This document shows, piece by piece, positions 8,396-17,822 of a stretch of 53,273 nt of DNA. A program made the translations under genes and the position numbers. Positions within the stretch are counted from its first letter, which is position 1. Every line of letters starts with the position of its first letter. Origin of the DNA: a virus (lineage: Duplodnaviria > Caudoviricetes); IMG/VR virus record IMGVR_UViG_3300042923_000379, positions 1 through 53,273 of that record. One strand, 5' to 3'. The notes beneath the pieces were generated by a model that had not been told where the DNA came from, did no database searches, and worked only from the letters and a program-made list of their open reading frames with translations.

Positions 8396-9118
8396 CTAAT
8401 CACTTCCCATTAAACCAATATAGTTTTCTATATAGCTTTCATTAATTTCCGTTGCCACCCAATCACGCTCATTTTTTATACAGTTCTTTATTTCACTTCC
8501 GGAACCTGCAAAAGGTATATATATCAAATCACCTTTGTTACTAGATACTTTAATTATCCTATCAGATAATTCCAAAGGCTTTTGCGTTGGATGTCCTGTA
8601 AATTCTTTCGCATTTCTTTGTACCCTGGACACCCTCCAAACTGTTCCACAAGTTTTCCCTAGCACATTATGTGTTCTCCCTCCACCGGGTCTTATGGCTT
8701 CATATGGAACCCTTATAAAGTCAGCGTTATATGTGTACTTATCTGATTTGGTTAAAAATAAAATGTTCTCGTGCTCAATTCTAAATTTTCTAGTACCGCC
8801 TTGTCCTGTTGCAAAGTGCCACACTATAGCATTTTGAAATCTAAACCCTATTTCTCTTGATATATCACATAGTTTGAATATATGAGGAGAGCCCCCATAG
8901 ATGTAGATACTTCCATTATCATCTAATATCCTATAACAACATTTAATCCATTCCTCAGACCATTTATAAAATTCTTTCTCTGTTTTCCATTGGTTGTCCC
9001 ATTCGTCTTTTACCATCTTATAATATGGAGGATCTGCTATTATTAATTTTGGTTTTATATCAGTTTGTTTCATAAACTCTATACAATCTTCATTTAATAT
9101 AATTCCCAAGAGCATCAC
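8396..9118 (-). CDS. orphan N4/N6 DNA methyltransferase (beta class)
   Basis: DPPY motif IV, HPTQKP and PFAGSGS motif I; no cognate endonuclease adjacent. Confidence 0.92.
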   Translation of the reverse strand: MMLLGIILNEDCIEFMKQTDIKPKLIIADPPYYKMVKDEWDNQWKTEKEFYKWSEEWIKCCYRILDDNGSIYIYGGSPHIFKLCDISREIGFRFQNAIVWHFATGQGGTRKFRIEHENILFLTKSDKYTYNADFIRVPYEAIRPGGGRTHNVLGKTCGTVWRVSRVQRNAKEFTGHPTQKPLELSDRIIKVSSNKGDLIYIPFAGSGSEIKNCIKNERDWVATEINESYIENYIGLMGSD

Positions 9119-9714
9119 CCCTTAAAGAACTTATTTTTAGTCTTAAGGTTATTTAGTATCTCTTTGTGTCTTTTCTGCTGCTCTGGTGTAAATTCGCTTA
9201 AATCACATGCATATGGACAGTTAGGTTGTTCCCCTAGTCCTGGTAATAAAATATCCTCATATACTTTGTGTAAAGCACATTCTCGATAATCTTTAGTGCA
9301 TCCTACACAATTTACTTGTGCCATATCCTCGATAATGTTATTAAAGTTCTCTCTATCCATTACAGCATATTTAAAGTGATCTTTTATATCTCTATTTACC
9401 TTTTGCATTGTAAAATCATCTATAAGCCTGTAATCAAATTTTTCAAGCTTTTTATCTAATTTTTGAACTTCCTCTTTATCTAAACTTTGAAGCATTTCTT
9501 TTTTAAACTTTTCCATGTAAGTATGAGCTGTTTTAAGATATTTCTTAGCTTCTGGAGTTAACATTCCACGTTTAGACCAATCTTCCCACATAGGAACTTC
9601 TGAAGGTCTACCGCTTATGCTCCTTAATCCTTCTAATTGCTGCATAACTGCCATAATGCACATCATTGTATTTGCTTCGTCTCTATTCAGGTATCCCCTC
9701 TTTAATTTCTTCAT
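9115..9714 (-). CDS. conserved Firmicutes phage protein (DUF5651-like)
   Basis: YLNRDE N-terminus; CVGC..C...CPY C-terminus. Confidence 0.6.
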   Translation of the reverse strand: MKKLKRGYLNRDEANTMMCIMAVMQQLEGLRSISGRPSEVPMWEDWSKRGMLTPEAKKYLKTAHTYMEKFKKEMLQSLDKEEVQKLDKKLEKFDYRLIDDFTMQKVNRDIKDHFKYAVMDRENFNNIIEDMAQVNCVGCTKDYRECALHKVYEDILLPGLGEQPNCPYACDLSEFTPEQQKRHKEILNNLKTKNKFFKG

Positions 9715-9964
9715 GACTAAACCTCCTATCTACTTCAGTACATATTTCATTAACTATTTTCTTAACTCTTTGGTCTGATATTCTATTATTTTTAAGAACA
9801 TCTGTAATAACTTCCGACATTACTAAACTAAGCTTGTTAGTTTTTTCTTTAATTTGACTATTCAGAAACTCAACATTAGTTGCTTTTTGAAAATGTTCAT
9901 ATTGTGTTTTAGTTAATTTCTTTTTAACATTCTTTCTCGCTTTTCTAGTTTCAGCTCTTCCCAA
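9683..9964 (-). CDS. hypothetical protein
   Basis: basic N-terminus; operon context. Confidence 0.55.
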   Translation of the reverse strand: MGRAETRKARKNVKKKLTKTQYEHFQKATNVEFLNSQIKEKTNKLSLVMSEVITDVLKNNRISDQRVKKIVNEICTEVDRRFSHEEIKEGIPE

Positions 9965-9968
9965 AATA

Positions 9969-10733
9969 TCACCCCTTTAAGGCTGCTTTAAGCCTATCTG
10001 ATATAGATAACTCTGTTTTATCCATTGTTTTAGCTATTGAAGCACATGAGTAGCCTTGATTATATAACTCAATCATTTTCTTCTTTTCTTCATCTGTCCA
10101 TTTAATATGATTGTCTCTAGGTACTGGTCTATATGGTGTTCCTAAATCCATTAATCTTCTTTTTATTGATGCTTCGGTTCTTTTAAAGGTTGCTGCTAGA
10201 TCTTTGTATGTGTATCTATTACTCTTAGTAAGTTCTATTAAAAGAAGTTCATCTTTCTTTGACCATGGTCTATTCCAGTTATTTTTACTTGGATGCATTT
10301 GGTCAGCTTTTCTTTTTATATCTACCCACTCGGGTTCTTTCCCTAATGAACCTTTTTCAAATCTAGCAAAATTAAGAAGCTGCTTGTTATTTTCTGCCCA
10401 TGCCCAAAACTTTTCTATGCTTATAACTCTAAATTTCTTTTGAATAACTTTCTTGTATCTCCATGGGAATCCATAATCTTTAAATTTCTTAATATACCAA
10501 GTCATGCTATTTGTTAATCCTATGGCTATAAATAATTGATTTAGCGTTATTTCTTCCCCACTATGCAAGTTATCTTCATAACCTAGTCTATTAGCTTTTA
10601 ATTTGATAGCATTAACACTTTTACCTAGTTTGTTAGCTATATATGTTGTTGCCACTACTCCCCATTTACTTTCTAAATAATCAATTTCTTCTTGTGTCCA
10701 TGGTTTACCCACCTTTATCCTCCTCCAGTTCAA
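9969..10733 (-). CDS. DNA-binding protein with repeated WT/WS-xxE Myb/HTH-like modules
   Basis: WTQEEIDYL.., WSKKDELLL.., WTDEEKKKM.. repeats. Confidence 0.7.
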   Translation of the reverse strand: MNWRRIKVGKPWTQEEIDYLESKWGVVATTYIANKLGKSVNAIKLKANRLGYEDNLHSGEEITLNQLFIAIGLTNSMTWYIKKFKDYGFPWRYKKVIQKKFRVISIEKFWAWAENNKQLLNFARFEKGSLGKEPEWVDIKRKADQMHPSKNNWNRPWSKKDELLLIELTKSNRYTYKDLAATFKRTEASIKRRLMDLGTPYRPVPRDNHIKWTDEEKKKMIELYNQGYSCASIAKTMDKTELSISDRLKAALKG

Positions 10734-10935
10734 ACTTTATTTGCCCTTTAATTAACTCAGCTTTACGTTTCTTTTCTTCAAGTTTTTGTTTTCTCTTTTT
10801 CTTTTCTTCTTTATCTAATTTCATTAATTTCTTTTTACATGTACTTCCTAAACCTAATTTTTTAGATTCTTCTGTTTTGAGCTTTCTTTTGCATAGTAAA
10901 CATCTTTCATGCAAGGTATCACCTTCTTTATACAC
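10705..10935 (-). CDS. DUF6011-like zinc-binding protein
   Basis: RCLLCKRKLKTEESKKLGLGSTC. Confidence 0.65.
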   Translation of the reverse strand: MYKEGDTLHERCLLCKRKLKTEESKKLGLGSTCKKKLMKLDKEEKKKRKQKLEEKKRKAELIKGQIKFELEEDKGG

Positions 10936-10941
10936 CTAAAG

Positions 10942-11145
10942 TTAACAACACATAATGGTTAACGTTATAATCTTTTTACTTCCTTTTTTACGATAATACT
11001 CATATTCATTTAGAAAGTCGCAATCTTGATTTATCTTCCTATATCCTTGTACTCGTAATTCGTGTACTTTTTTACGAAATTTCTTGCTAGAGCCTTTTTC
11101 CCAAGCTGCAAAAACAAAATCGCCTTTAACTATACTAATGTGCAT
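10942..11145 (-). CDS. hypothetical protein
   Basis: GAGGTG RBS. Confidence 0.55.
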   Translation of the reverse strand: MHISIVKGDFVFAAWEKGSSKKFRKKVHELRVQGYRKINQDCDFLNEYEYYRKKGSKKIITLTIMCC

Positions 11146-11207
11146 GTTTTCACCTCTAATTCATATGAGAATATATTGTTATACCCTCATATGAAGTTAT
11201 TTTTAAA

Positions 11208-11750
11208 TTATTTTACATAGTCAAAGAACTCTTGACCTCGTGTAGAAAATTCTTTAACCATAGAACGCACCAAGTTAAATGACATTTCAGAATGATTTTG
11301 ATTTTCTATTTCCTTTTTAGCTTCTTCGAGCGTTCCATCCTTAAGGATTTTTATAATATCTAAACAACACTTTAATTCCATTCCTTGATATAAGTCATTT
11401 AGTCTGATTGGAACTATTTTGTCCCAAAGTTCTAATTTATCTTTCTCTAAAATTTCTCTACCTTTTTGCATCCACATTTTTGTTTTTTCTGGTATTGAAT
11501 CTATATGTTCTTGTTTTTGTCTTTCATATTCCTCATTTTGTTTTCTAATATTTTCATCAAATTCTTTTTTAATACTTCCTGTTATTTCCTTATAAACACT
11601 ATCTATTGTTACACTATCCGAATATAGTTTGTGCCCATTAAAATTACCAAAAACTAACTCTCCTTTATTTTTATAAACTAATAATTCATTAACACATTCA
11701 TCTATGTTTCTACCAACACAAAATTCTATTTCTTTATATTGATTATCCAT
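11208..11750 (-). CDS. conserved phage hypothetical protein
   Basis: GGGAGGG RBS; 180-aa ORF. Confidence 0.65.
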   Translation of the reverse strand: MDNQYKEIEFCVGRNIDECVNELLVYKNKGELVFGNFNGHKLYSDSVTIDSVYKEITGSIKKEFDENIRKQNEEYERQKQEHIDSIPEKTKMWMQKGREILEKDKLELWDKIVPIRLNDLYQGMELKCCLDIIKILKDGTLEEAKKEIENQNHSEMSFNLVRSMVKEFSTRGQEFFDYVK

Positions 11751-11794
11751 GTAAAACCCTCCCTATATTTATTAATTATCTTTCTCTAATTCAT

Positions 11795-11980
11795 CTACCA
11801 ACTTTTTGTTTTACTCCAGTTTTTAAAATCTAAACATTTTCCAAAAGTCCAATTTTCCCTATCACTTTTCCAAAACGAGTATGCAATTCTACCTCTTTTT
11901 TGAATATTTTGACTTTTGTAAAGTTCTTTTTTAGAATCATCTTTCGCCATTTGATAAGCGACTTTTTGAAACTTATTCAT
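11795..11980 (-). CDS. hypothetical protein
   Basis: coupled to the upstream ORF. Confidence 0.5.
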   Translation of the reverse strand: MNKFQKVAYQMAKDDSKKELYKSQNIQKRGRIAYSFWKSDRENWTFGKCLDFKNWSKTKSW

Positions 11981-12186
11981 CAGCTTTCTCCATTCATTTT
12001 TTCTAAATCTTCTTGTGCATAGATAACATTCTTTCTACAGTTTGCACATGTTTTTATTAGCTCCTCTGTTCCGCAATCTATATATCCATGGCAGTAATAT
12101 ACGGGCTTGCCATTAGTGTCATGATATTCAATACTTGGTTTGCCTTTTTGTTTAACTTCTCCTTTTTTAACCGCCTGACAACTCAT
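11980..12186 (-). CDS. Cys-rich hypothetical protein
   Basis: GAGG RBS; several Cys residues. Confidence 0.55.
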   Translation of the reverse strand: MSCQAVKKGEVKQKGKPSIEYHDTNGKPVYYCHGYIDCGTEELIKTCANCRKNVIYAQEDLEKMNGES

Positions 12187-12216
12187 TTATTAACCTCTCC
12201 CATATAATAAACTATT

Positions 12217-12510
12217 TTAAGCTTGTAAGTATTTTTCTTTAAATCTAGCATAAGCTTTGTCAAAATCTACATATTCATCAACATCTATAATAAGGTCTGC
12301 TATTTCTTTATCAGCATCAGCAACTTTAAAGAAATCTAAATCACAACATTCTCTTTGAATATCTCTATCAAAACCAATGATTAAATTTTCTTCTTCATCA
12401 CAATCTTTATACTCAATGCAAGTTAATTCACTAGAATATACTGCTCCAAAATCACTATCACCAACTTCTTCTTGCTGATAATGACAACAAAATCTACAGT
12501 TTCTATTCAT
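12217..12510 (-). CDS. Cys-rich hypothetical protein
   Basis: GAGGTG RBS. Confidence 0.55.
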   Translation of the reverse strand: MNRNCRFCCHYQQEEVGDSDFGAVYSSELTCIEYKDCDEEENLIIGFDRDIQRECCDLDFFKVADADKEIADLIIDVDEYVDFDKAYARFKEKYLQA

Positions 12511-12533
12511 TATTAATACACCTCTTTATCAAA

Positions 12534-12773
12534 TTACTCATTAGCTTCTTTTAAACACTTTAAACAAACATGTTTACCCTTGAAGTTAACTATTCTATCA
12601 ACTTCCCCGCAGAATACGCAACCTGGAGCATACTTCTTTAAGATTATTTGTTCACCTTCTGTATAAATCTCTAGTGGATCTCCAACTTCTATATTCATTG
12701 TTCTTCTTAATTCTTTTGGTATTACTATCCTTCCTAACTCGTCTACTCTTCTTACTATTCCTGTACTTTTCAT
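12534..12773 (-). CDS. abrB: AbrB family transition-state regulator
   Basis: MKSTGIVRRVDELGRIVIPKELRRT...GDPLEIY...IILKKY..CVFCG. Confidence 0.95.
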   Translation of the reverse strand: MKSTGIVRRVDELGRIVIPKELRRTMNIEVGDPLEIYTEGEQIILKKYAPGCVFCGEVDRIVNFKGKHVCLKCLKEANE

Positions 12774-13016
12774 TTAATTTTCCTCCTCAATATAAAAATC
12801 ACTTAAATCTGATTCTTGGATATTACCTCTTTGTGTTTGGTCTACCATGTGCCAATTTACTTCCGCTATCTCACATACCTGTTTACCTTCATCATCAACT
12901 AAATCCAAAGGTAAATTAGCATTAAACAATTTTTCTTTTGCTTCTTCTTCGTTTTCAGCTTCAATCCCATAACATATTCTTGCAACTATACTTGCCTCTC
13001 CATAAAAAGTTTTCAT
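12774..13016 (-). CDS. acidic hypothetical protein
   Basis: IEAENEEEAKEK motif; GAGG RBS. Confidence 0.6.
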   Translation of the reverse strand: MKTFYGEASIVARICYGIEAENEEEAKEKLFNANLPLDLVDDEGKQVCEIAEVNWHMVDQTQRGNIQESDLSDFYIEEEN

Positions 13017-13047
13017 TTAATTTTCCTCGCTTTCATTTTTTATTTTT

Positions 13048-13296
13048 TTAAGATTCTATCCAACCTAAAACTCTGCTTTTTCTATATTTTTTATTTTTAG
13101 CAATTTTGGCTTCATAAGTAATTCCAAAACTACTATCACCTAATTTGTCATTTTCATTTTTCTTTATTTCTTGCAATATTTCATGAACTGAATAACTATA
13201 ATAAGGAGCAATTAATTTTATAGCATGTTTTAAACTTTTAGCGATAATTACTCCATCTAAACAATCGTTTAATTCGAAATATTTAAGTGTTTTCAT
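13048..13296 (-). CDS. hypothetical protein
   Basis: AAGGAAG RBS. Confidence 0.55.
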   Translation of the reverse strand: MKTLKYFELNDCLDGVIIAKSLKHAIKLIAPYYSYSVHEILQEIKKNENDKLGDSSFGITYEAKIAKNKKYRKSRVLGWIES

Positions 13297-13398
13297 TCTT
13301 TTTTCTTCCTTTCTTTAATTTTGATTATTAAAACCTCGATTAATTTCATTGCAAAAAATCCACACACTACAATTCCAATAAACTTTAATTCCAATTTT

Positions 13399-14013
13399 TC
13401 AATCACCTTCCTTTATTTTTATAGGATAAACTTTGTGAAGTTCGCTCATTTTCTTCATTCCTCGTAAACTCACTTCATCAAAATGTTTTGAACATAAACT
13501 TATCTTAAGTTCATCTTTTCCGACCTTGTACAATGTTCCTTGACTTCCACAGATACAACAAGCATGTCTCTTTATGCAGCTGTACAAATAGGCTGAGATA
13601 TCATCTGTATACTCTATAGGGTTATTAGCTAAAGCAATATCGTTATCTATACAAGTATCTATTAAGAACGTTATAAACTCCTTAGCTATTTCTAAATTGC
13701 AATTTGATAAAGAGAACATTTCTATATCATTTTTCATACAAAATTCTAGTGTTAGTATGTCTCTTAATTGCTCTGTAACATATCCTGTTACAAATGACAT
13801 TTCTTTAAATATTGCAAATATTTTCGCTCTTTGCTCTGCTGAAATTCTTCTTGGATCATCAAACTTTATTTCTCCAGATAATCCTTTTTCTGTTTTATAT
13901 CTTAATATTTCCTCTTTGCTTAAATCTGTTTCTAGTTGCAATATTGACTTTCCATTGACTTCTTTTATTCCTGTTACTTTGAATGAGTTCCATAATTGTT
14001 TTAATTTCCTCAC
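13399..14013 (-). CDS. putative HNHc nuclease (DUF968/HNHc_6-like)
   Basis: DDPRRISAEQRAKIFAI...CCICG...ISLCSKH. Confidence 0.75.
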   Translation of the reverse strand: MRKLKQLWNSFKVTGIKEVNGKSILQLETDLSKEEILRYKTEKGLSGEIKFDDPRRISAEQRAKIFAIFKEMSFVTGYVTEQLRDILTLEFCMKNDIEMFSLSNCNLEIAKEFITFLIDTCIDNDIALANNPIEYTDDISAYLYSCIKRHACCICGSQGTLYKVGKDELKISLCSKHFDEVSLRGMKKMSELHKVYPIKIKEGD

Positions 14014-14242
14014 CTTCTTTTATCCACTTGTAAAGTTTCCAGATTCCTATATTCCAAACCTTATTACACTTAATCTTTCTATCTTTTTTTGTATAGTGCT
14101 TATAATCACCTTTATAACCATGTGTTTTTAACATTATCCACTTTATAGCTTCTTCTATATATCCTGCCATTCCATACAAGAATAGAATTGTTATTAATAC
14201 ATAGAAGGTTTCTAGCCTAAATTCAATCGTTTGATATGACAT
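13895..14242 (-). CDS. hypothetical membrane protein
   Basis: own promoter and GAGGTG RBS; N-terminal TM helix; 3' end overlaps the next gene. Confidence 0.45.
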   Translation of the reverse strand: MSYQTIEFRLETFYVLITILFLYGMAGYIEEAIKWIMLKTHGYKGDYKHYTKKDRKIKCNKVWNIGIWKLYKWIKEGEEIKTIMELIQSNRNKRSQWKVNIATRNRFKQRGNIKI

Positions 14243-14272
14243 AAACTCCACCTCATTTACACCTTTTTACTT

Positions 14273-14332
14273 TATACCATTATTATACCACTATGGTATC
14301 ACCTTTACAACACTTAATTAAAATGTTATTAT
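14273..14332. promoter_or_regulatory. divergent sigma-A promoters with ATACCA/TGGTAT repeats
   Basis: plus: TTTACA-17-TATTAT (14304-14332); minus: TTGTAA-17-TATAAT; both have a TGn extension. Confidence 0.7.
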
Positions 14333-14350
14333 ATTTTTGAGGTGATTTTA

Positions 14351-14503
14351 GTGTCTATAAGTGATAAAAACTTGAGAAGAAATATTACATTTCCAAAAGA
14401 ATTATTAGCTGAGCTTCAAAAAGCCGCTAAAATTGAAAATAGAAGTTTAAATAATTTAGTAATAACTGTTCTCATGGATTATTTAGCCAAGAAGGAAAAT
14501 TAA
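14351..14503 (+). CDS. ribbon-helix-helix (Arc-like) regulator, 50 aa; not in the ORF track
   Basis: GAGGTG RBS, GTG start, MSISDKNLRRNITFPKELLAELQKAAKIENRSLNNLVITVLMDYLAKKEN. Confidence 0.85.
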   Translation: MSISDKNLRRNITFPKELLAELQKAAKIENRSLNNLVITVLMDYLAKKEN

Positions 14504-14982
14504 ATTCCTTCTTTTTCTTTGCCCATAAATTCAAGATCATATCTATATCTAACTTTCTTTTTATGCTGAGGAATAAGCGTTCCATGTTCTTTTAAAAAGT
14601 CTATTGGAATCGATTTTCTAGTAGATAATTCTATGAATTTATTTATCTTGGCCGCATCTATAAAATAAGTTTCTTCCACATCTCTAAAGTTAAATATATA
14701 TCCTGCATCTACTCCAAGTTTTGAAGCTGCTTCTAATCCTTTGATTTGATTTTCTCTTATGCAACTTAAAGGAATTGACTTACCTTTATGGCTTTTAAGT
14801 TCCAGTAACCATAGTTTATTGTTATAAACTATAAAGTCACATATATTGGTTTGTGTGAATCTTGCTTTTTCTCCGCCTTGCCAATTTCCTGCACTATCCC
14901 TTAGCTTATATTTAAACCAATTTACTGGTACTGAATCCATAAAGTCTCTTTCAAATTTCTTTCCATCATTCATTTGTTTCAC
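14500..14982 (-). CDS. recU: RecU-like Holliday junction resolvase
   Basis: GKKFE...CDFIVY...LELKS...IRENQIKGL PD-(D/E)XK pattern. Confidence 0.85.
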   Translation of the reverse strand: MKQMNDGKKFERDFMDSVPVNWFKYKLRDSAGNWQGGEKARFTQTNICDFIVYNNKLWLLELKSHKGKSIPLSCIRENQIKGLEAASKLGVDAGYIFNFRDVEETYFIDAAKINKFIELSTRKSIPIDFLKEHGTLIPQHKKKVRYRYDLEFMGKEKEGI

Positions 14983-15372
14983 CTTCTATTTCATCTTCTA
15001 ATATCATTTTCCCACCCATACAAGCCCTTATTATGTCTTTCCTTATATATTTACCCTTGTCCATAGTCATAAGCTTACAAAGGCTTCTAGTGGCATTAAA
15101 ACTTATTTGTAATACATCTTGAATTTCTTCTAGTTCATATTCATTTTTCAACAATCTCATTTCTACCAATTTTGAAATTTTAATCTGTATTTTTTATCCA
15201 ATTCACTATTAAAATGGATTCCATTGCTATGATCTCTATGATGAACATTACATAAGTCTACGTGATTTCCTGGACATTTATCTAAAGGCTTTACTTGTGA
15301 TTTGCGTATTATATGGTGATCTTCTATCCAATAACTTGTACCGCATTCTGCACAATATCTTATTTCTTTCAC
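14966..15372 (-). pseudogene. HNH-domain gene split by an apparent 1-nt frameshift near 15165
   Basis: CAECG..EDHHI..N.VDLCNVHH..GIH ends ..FQNW*; the adjacent frame continues EMRLLKNEY..; adding one T gives FQNWLEMRL. Confidence 0.6.
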
Positions 15373-15657
15373 TTAATCACCTCTCTCCTACTCTTCTTTT
15401 TCCTTTGCTGCTACTTTTAACAGATCTTGAAACACTTCTAAATACTACTGAGTTTATATCTCTTTCTAATTGTCTTTTCTTTTCTGCTTTCTTCTCTTGA
15501 TCTTTAAAATACTTTTCTTTAAATTGTTCTACTGTTAATTTTGGCATCTTCCTCACTTCCTATCATTTGATTTTCATTAGTACCTGAGAATAGAAAGATA
15601 TAACCTTTGCTGATTTACTCTCTATTCTCTTGTTCAGATTATTTTTGTATTGCGAAA

Positions 15658-15966
15658 CTATTTGTTGTCTGAAATTCTAGTAATTGAGTACAAGACATCT
15701 TCTTCACAATTGAAATTCCAGTATAGTTCCCACAATGAAATAAAATTGTCATTATAGCATCCATGATAATGATTTCCACAGCACCAATCACTTTCATCCA
15801 TTTTAGACTGTATTTTTTCGTAGTCTATGCCTTCTAAAACAGCAATTCCATAAGCACCGCATTCAAATACAACTTCCCCAACATCTCCAGTTATAAGTGA
15901 AACCCTCTCTCCTAAACAGATTTCATTTCCATCTTCATAACATAAACCTATACCATGAGTTTTCAT
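15658..15966 (-). CDS. YopX-like C-terminal domain protein
   Basis: GLCYEDGNEICLGERV..GEVVFECGAY. Confidence 0.55.
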   Translation of the reverse strand: MKTHGIGLCYEDGNEICLGERVSLITGDVGEVVFECGAYGIAVLEGIDYEKIQSKMDESDWCCGNHYHGCYNDNFISLWELYWNFNCEEDVLYSITRISDNK

Positions 15967-16011
15967 AAATTTCCTCCTTAAAACTTTCTTCGCATTAATT
16001 TCATTTTCCGA

Positions 16012-16197
16012 CTAAACTCGCCCCATTTTCTTTCTTCTCTCAAACAGAACTTGTCTATTCTTTATCCTTCTTAAACCTTTTTCTTTAGCTGCTTCTTTCT
16101 TTTTTATTAAATCTTCTTTAGCTTTCTTTTCAGAATCTTTTAATCTAGCTTGTTTCATAACTCTCGCCCACATCTCAGAAGTATAAAAACCTGTCAA
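16012..16197 (-). CDS. basic hypothetical protein
   Basis: GGGGTG RBS, TTG start. Confidence 0.5.
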   Translation of the reverse strand: MTGFYTSEMWARVMKQARLKDSEKKAKEDLIKKKEAAKEKGLRRIKNRQVLFERRKKMGRV

Positions 16198-16210
16198 GAT
16201 TAATCACCCC

Positions 16211-16669
16211 TTACAATTCTTTGTAATATTTTTCAGTTATAGACCTATCAAGTAAATATTCAACGCCTTGTCTTGTGAGCCAAAAATATATATTTCCATC
16301 ATTATTTGGACTTTCCATACTTTTATCAGCTAAACCTTTTTTAACTAACTCATTCCAATCTTTATCCATAAAGTTAGTAAAGAAATAGTTTCTATAAGGC
16401 TTCTTTTTCTTCCAACTTATCCCTATGCAATGTTCCATTAATTCTTTCTGATATTTACTTACTTTTATCCATGAATTCTTATAGAGTCTTTTAAAATCTT
16501 CAGCTCTTTTTTCAGTATTTACTATTGGGAATCTATTGCTTATATATCCAAGGTCTGCATGGTCTATATCATTGCTTGGAGCAGAAAAGAAACTTCTATT
16601 CTCTCTTTTCCCTATCTTTGTACACACATAGAATCCACCTTGCCTATTAGGTTCTTTCCAAACTCTCAT
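16211..16669 (-). CDS. hypothetical protein (possible C-terminal winged helix)
   Basis: PYRNYF..WNELVKKGLA..YFWLTRQGVEYL. Confidence 0.6.
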   Translation of the reverse strand: MRVWKEPNRQGGFYVCTKIGKRENRSFFSAPSNDIDHADLGYISNRFPIVNTEKRAEDFKRLYKNSWIKVSKYQKELMEHCIGISWKKKKPYRNYFFTNFMDKDWNELVKKGLADKSMESPNNDGNIYFWLTRQGVEYLLDRSITEKYYKEL

Positions 16670-16680
16670 TTAATCACCCC

Positions 16681-17295
16681 TTATAACCTATTTAGCACAT
16701 AACAAGTTTCTGCTGAACCATTATCGTGACCCTTAAATTCTAAAGCCACTTGTTTAACTTTATAATTTCTATCTACTAAAAGCTTTTTATTATGCTTTGC
16801 TAGAGCATCCCATAACTCACTTTCTGAAAAACCTAAAACTTCTACTCCAGTTGAAACAACTATTTGAATCATATCTAACCATTCTTCTTTTTGGTTATCT
16901 TCATCACCATTAATTAAAGAGTCTTCAAATTCATCAACTTCTTCACGTATTTTTTTTACATAATACGCCTTAGGATAGTTCCCTTTTTGTTCAAGGATAA
17001 ATATTACCTTAGAGGTGTCTAAAACCTCTCCTGTGACCTCCTGTTGCCCTTCTAGGTGATTTATAGCATTGTTTATTATCCTATTTATATATTCATCTGA
17101 TAAATAACTTCTTTTTTGGCTAAAATCTTTTAAACTTTCTAATCCTTCTAAAGTTTCTTCTTTAGTCATATAAGCATTAAACATTTCTACAGCTTTTTTC
17201 TTAGCTTCTTCTATGCTAGATGCCTTTCCATCTTTTATTAATCTAAAGGCTTCTTTTTCTATTTCTGTTTCATCATAATCTTTATACATAATCAC
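16681..17295 (-). CDS. protein with a MazG-like NTP pyrophosphohydrolase domain
   Basis: KKIREEVDEF...KEEWLDMIQ EExxE..ExxD pattern. Confidence 0.6.
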   Translation of the reverse strand: MIMYKDYDETEIEKEAFRLIKDGKASSIEEAKKKAVEMFNAYMTKEETLEGLESLKDFSQKRSYLSDEYINRIINNAINHLEGQQEVTGEVLDTSKVIFILEQKGNYPKAYYVKKIREEVDEFEDSLINGDEDNQKEEWLDMIQIVVSTGVEVLGFSESELWDALAKHNKKLLVDRNYKVKQVALEFKGHDNGSAETCYVLNRL

Positions 17296-17430
17296 ACCTC
17301 ACAATTTAATTCCTTTTTCATATCATTTAGTTTTCTGATAATTTGATGGTTTTCTAATTCTCCCTCATCAATGCTATCTTCAACTAATTCAATTAACCAA
17401 TCTATCTCAGCTTCATATAAAGGTTCTTTT

Positions 17431-17820
17431 TTATTCTTCATTTTCTACCTCAACTTTCACCCCTAAATACTCTGGGTTTTCATAAATATTCCCTATAATT
17501 TCTCCTCTTTCCCATACCTCATGATGAACACAACTTTTATGATGATTTATAGCTTCAAGAGTAAATCCCTTAGTGTAACAACTCATTTCATACACAACTT
17601 GCCATAATAGACCATCACACTTTATAATGTGTCCTTCGCATATTTCTCTCCCATCAATGTCTTTTTCTCCAGTACATTGCATTAATGGAAATACTCTTAT
17701 ATCAAATATTTCTTTTTCTCCCAAGATGTTGTGATAAGTCGCACATTTACATTCAAAATCAACGCTTTCAGCCTCTATAATCCCTTCTAGTGTACATGCA
17801 AAAAACTTAATTTCTCTCAT
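17431..17820 (-). CDS. YopX family protein
   Basis: MREIKF...LMQCTGEKDIDGREICEGHII...EIIGNIYENPEYL. Confidence 0.9.
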   Translation of the reverse strand: MREIKFFACTLEGIIEAESVDFECKCATYHNILGEKEIFDIRVFPLMQCTGEKDIDGREICEGHIIKCDGLLWQVVYEMSCYTKGFTLEAINHHKSCVHHEVWERGEIIGNIYENPEYLGVKVEVENEE

Positions 17821-17822
17821 TT

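Noticed and set aside
8396-9118. Restriction-modification system
   Set aside because: No adjacent restriction endonuclease; orphan methyltransferases are common in phages.
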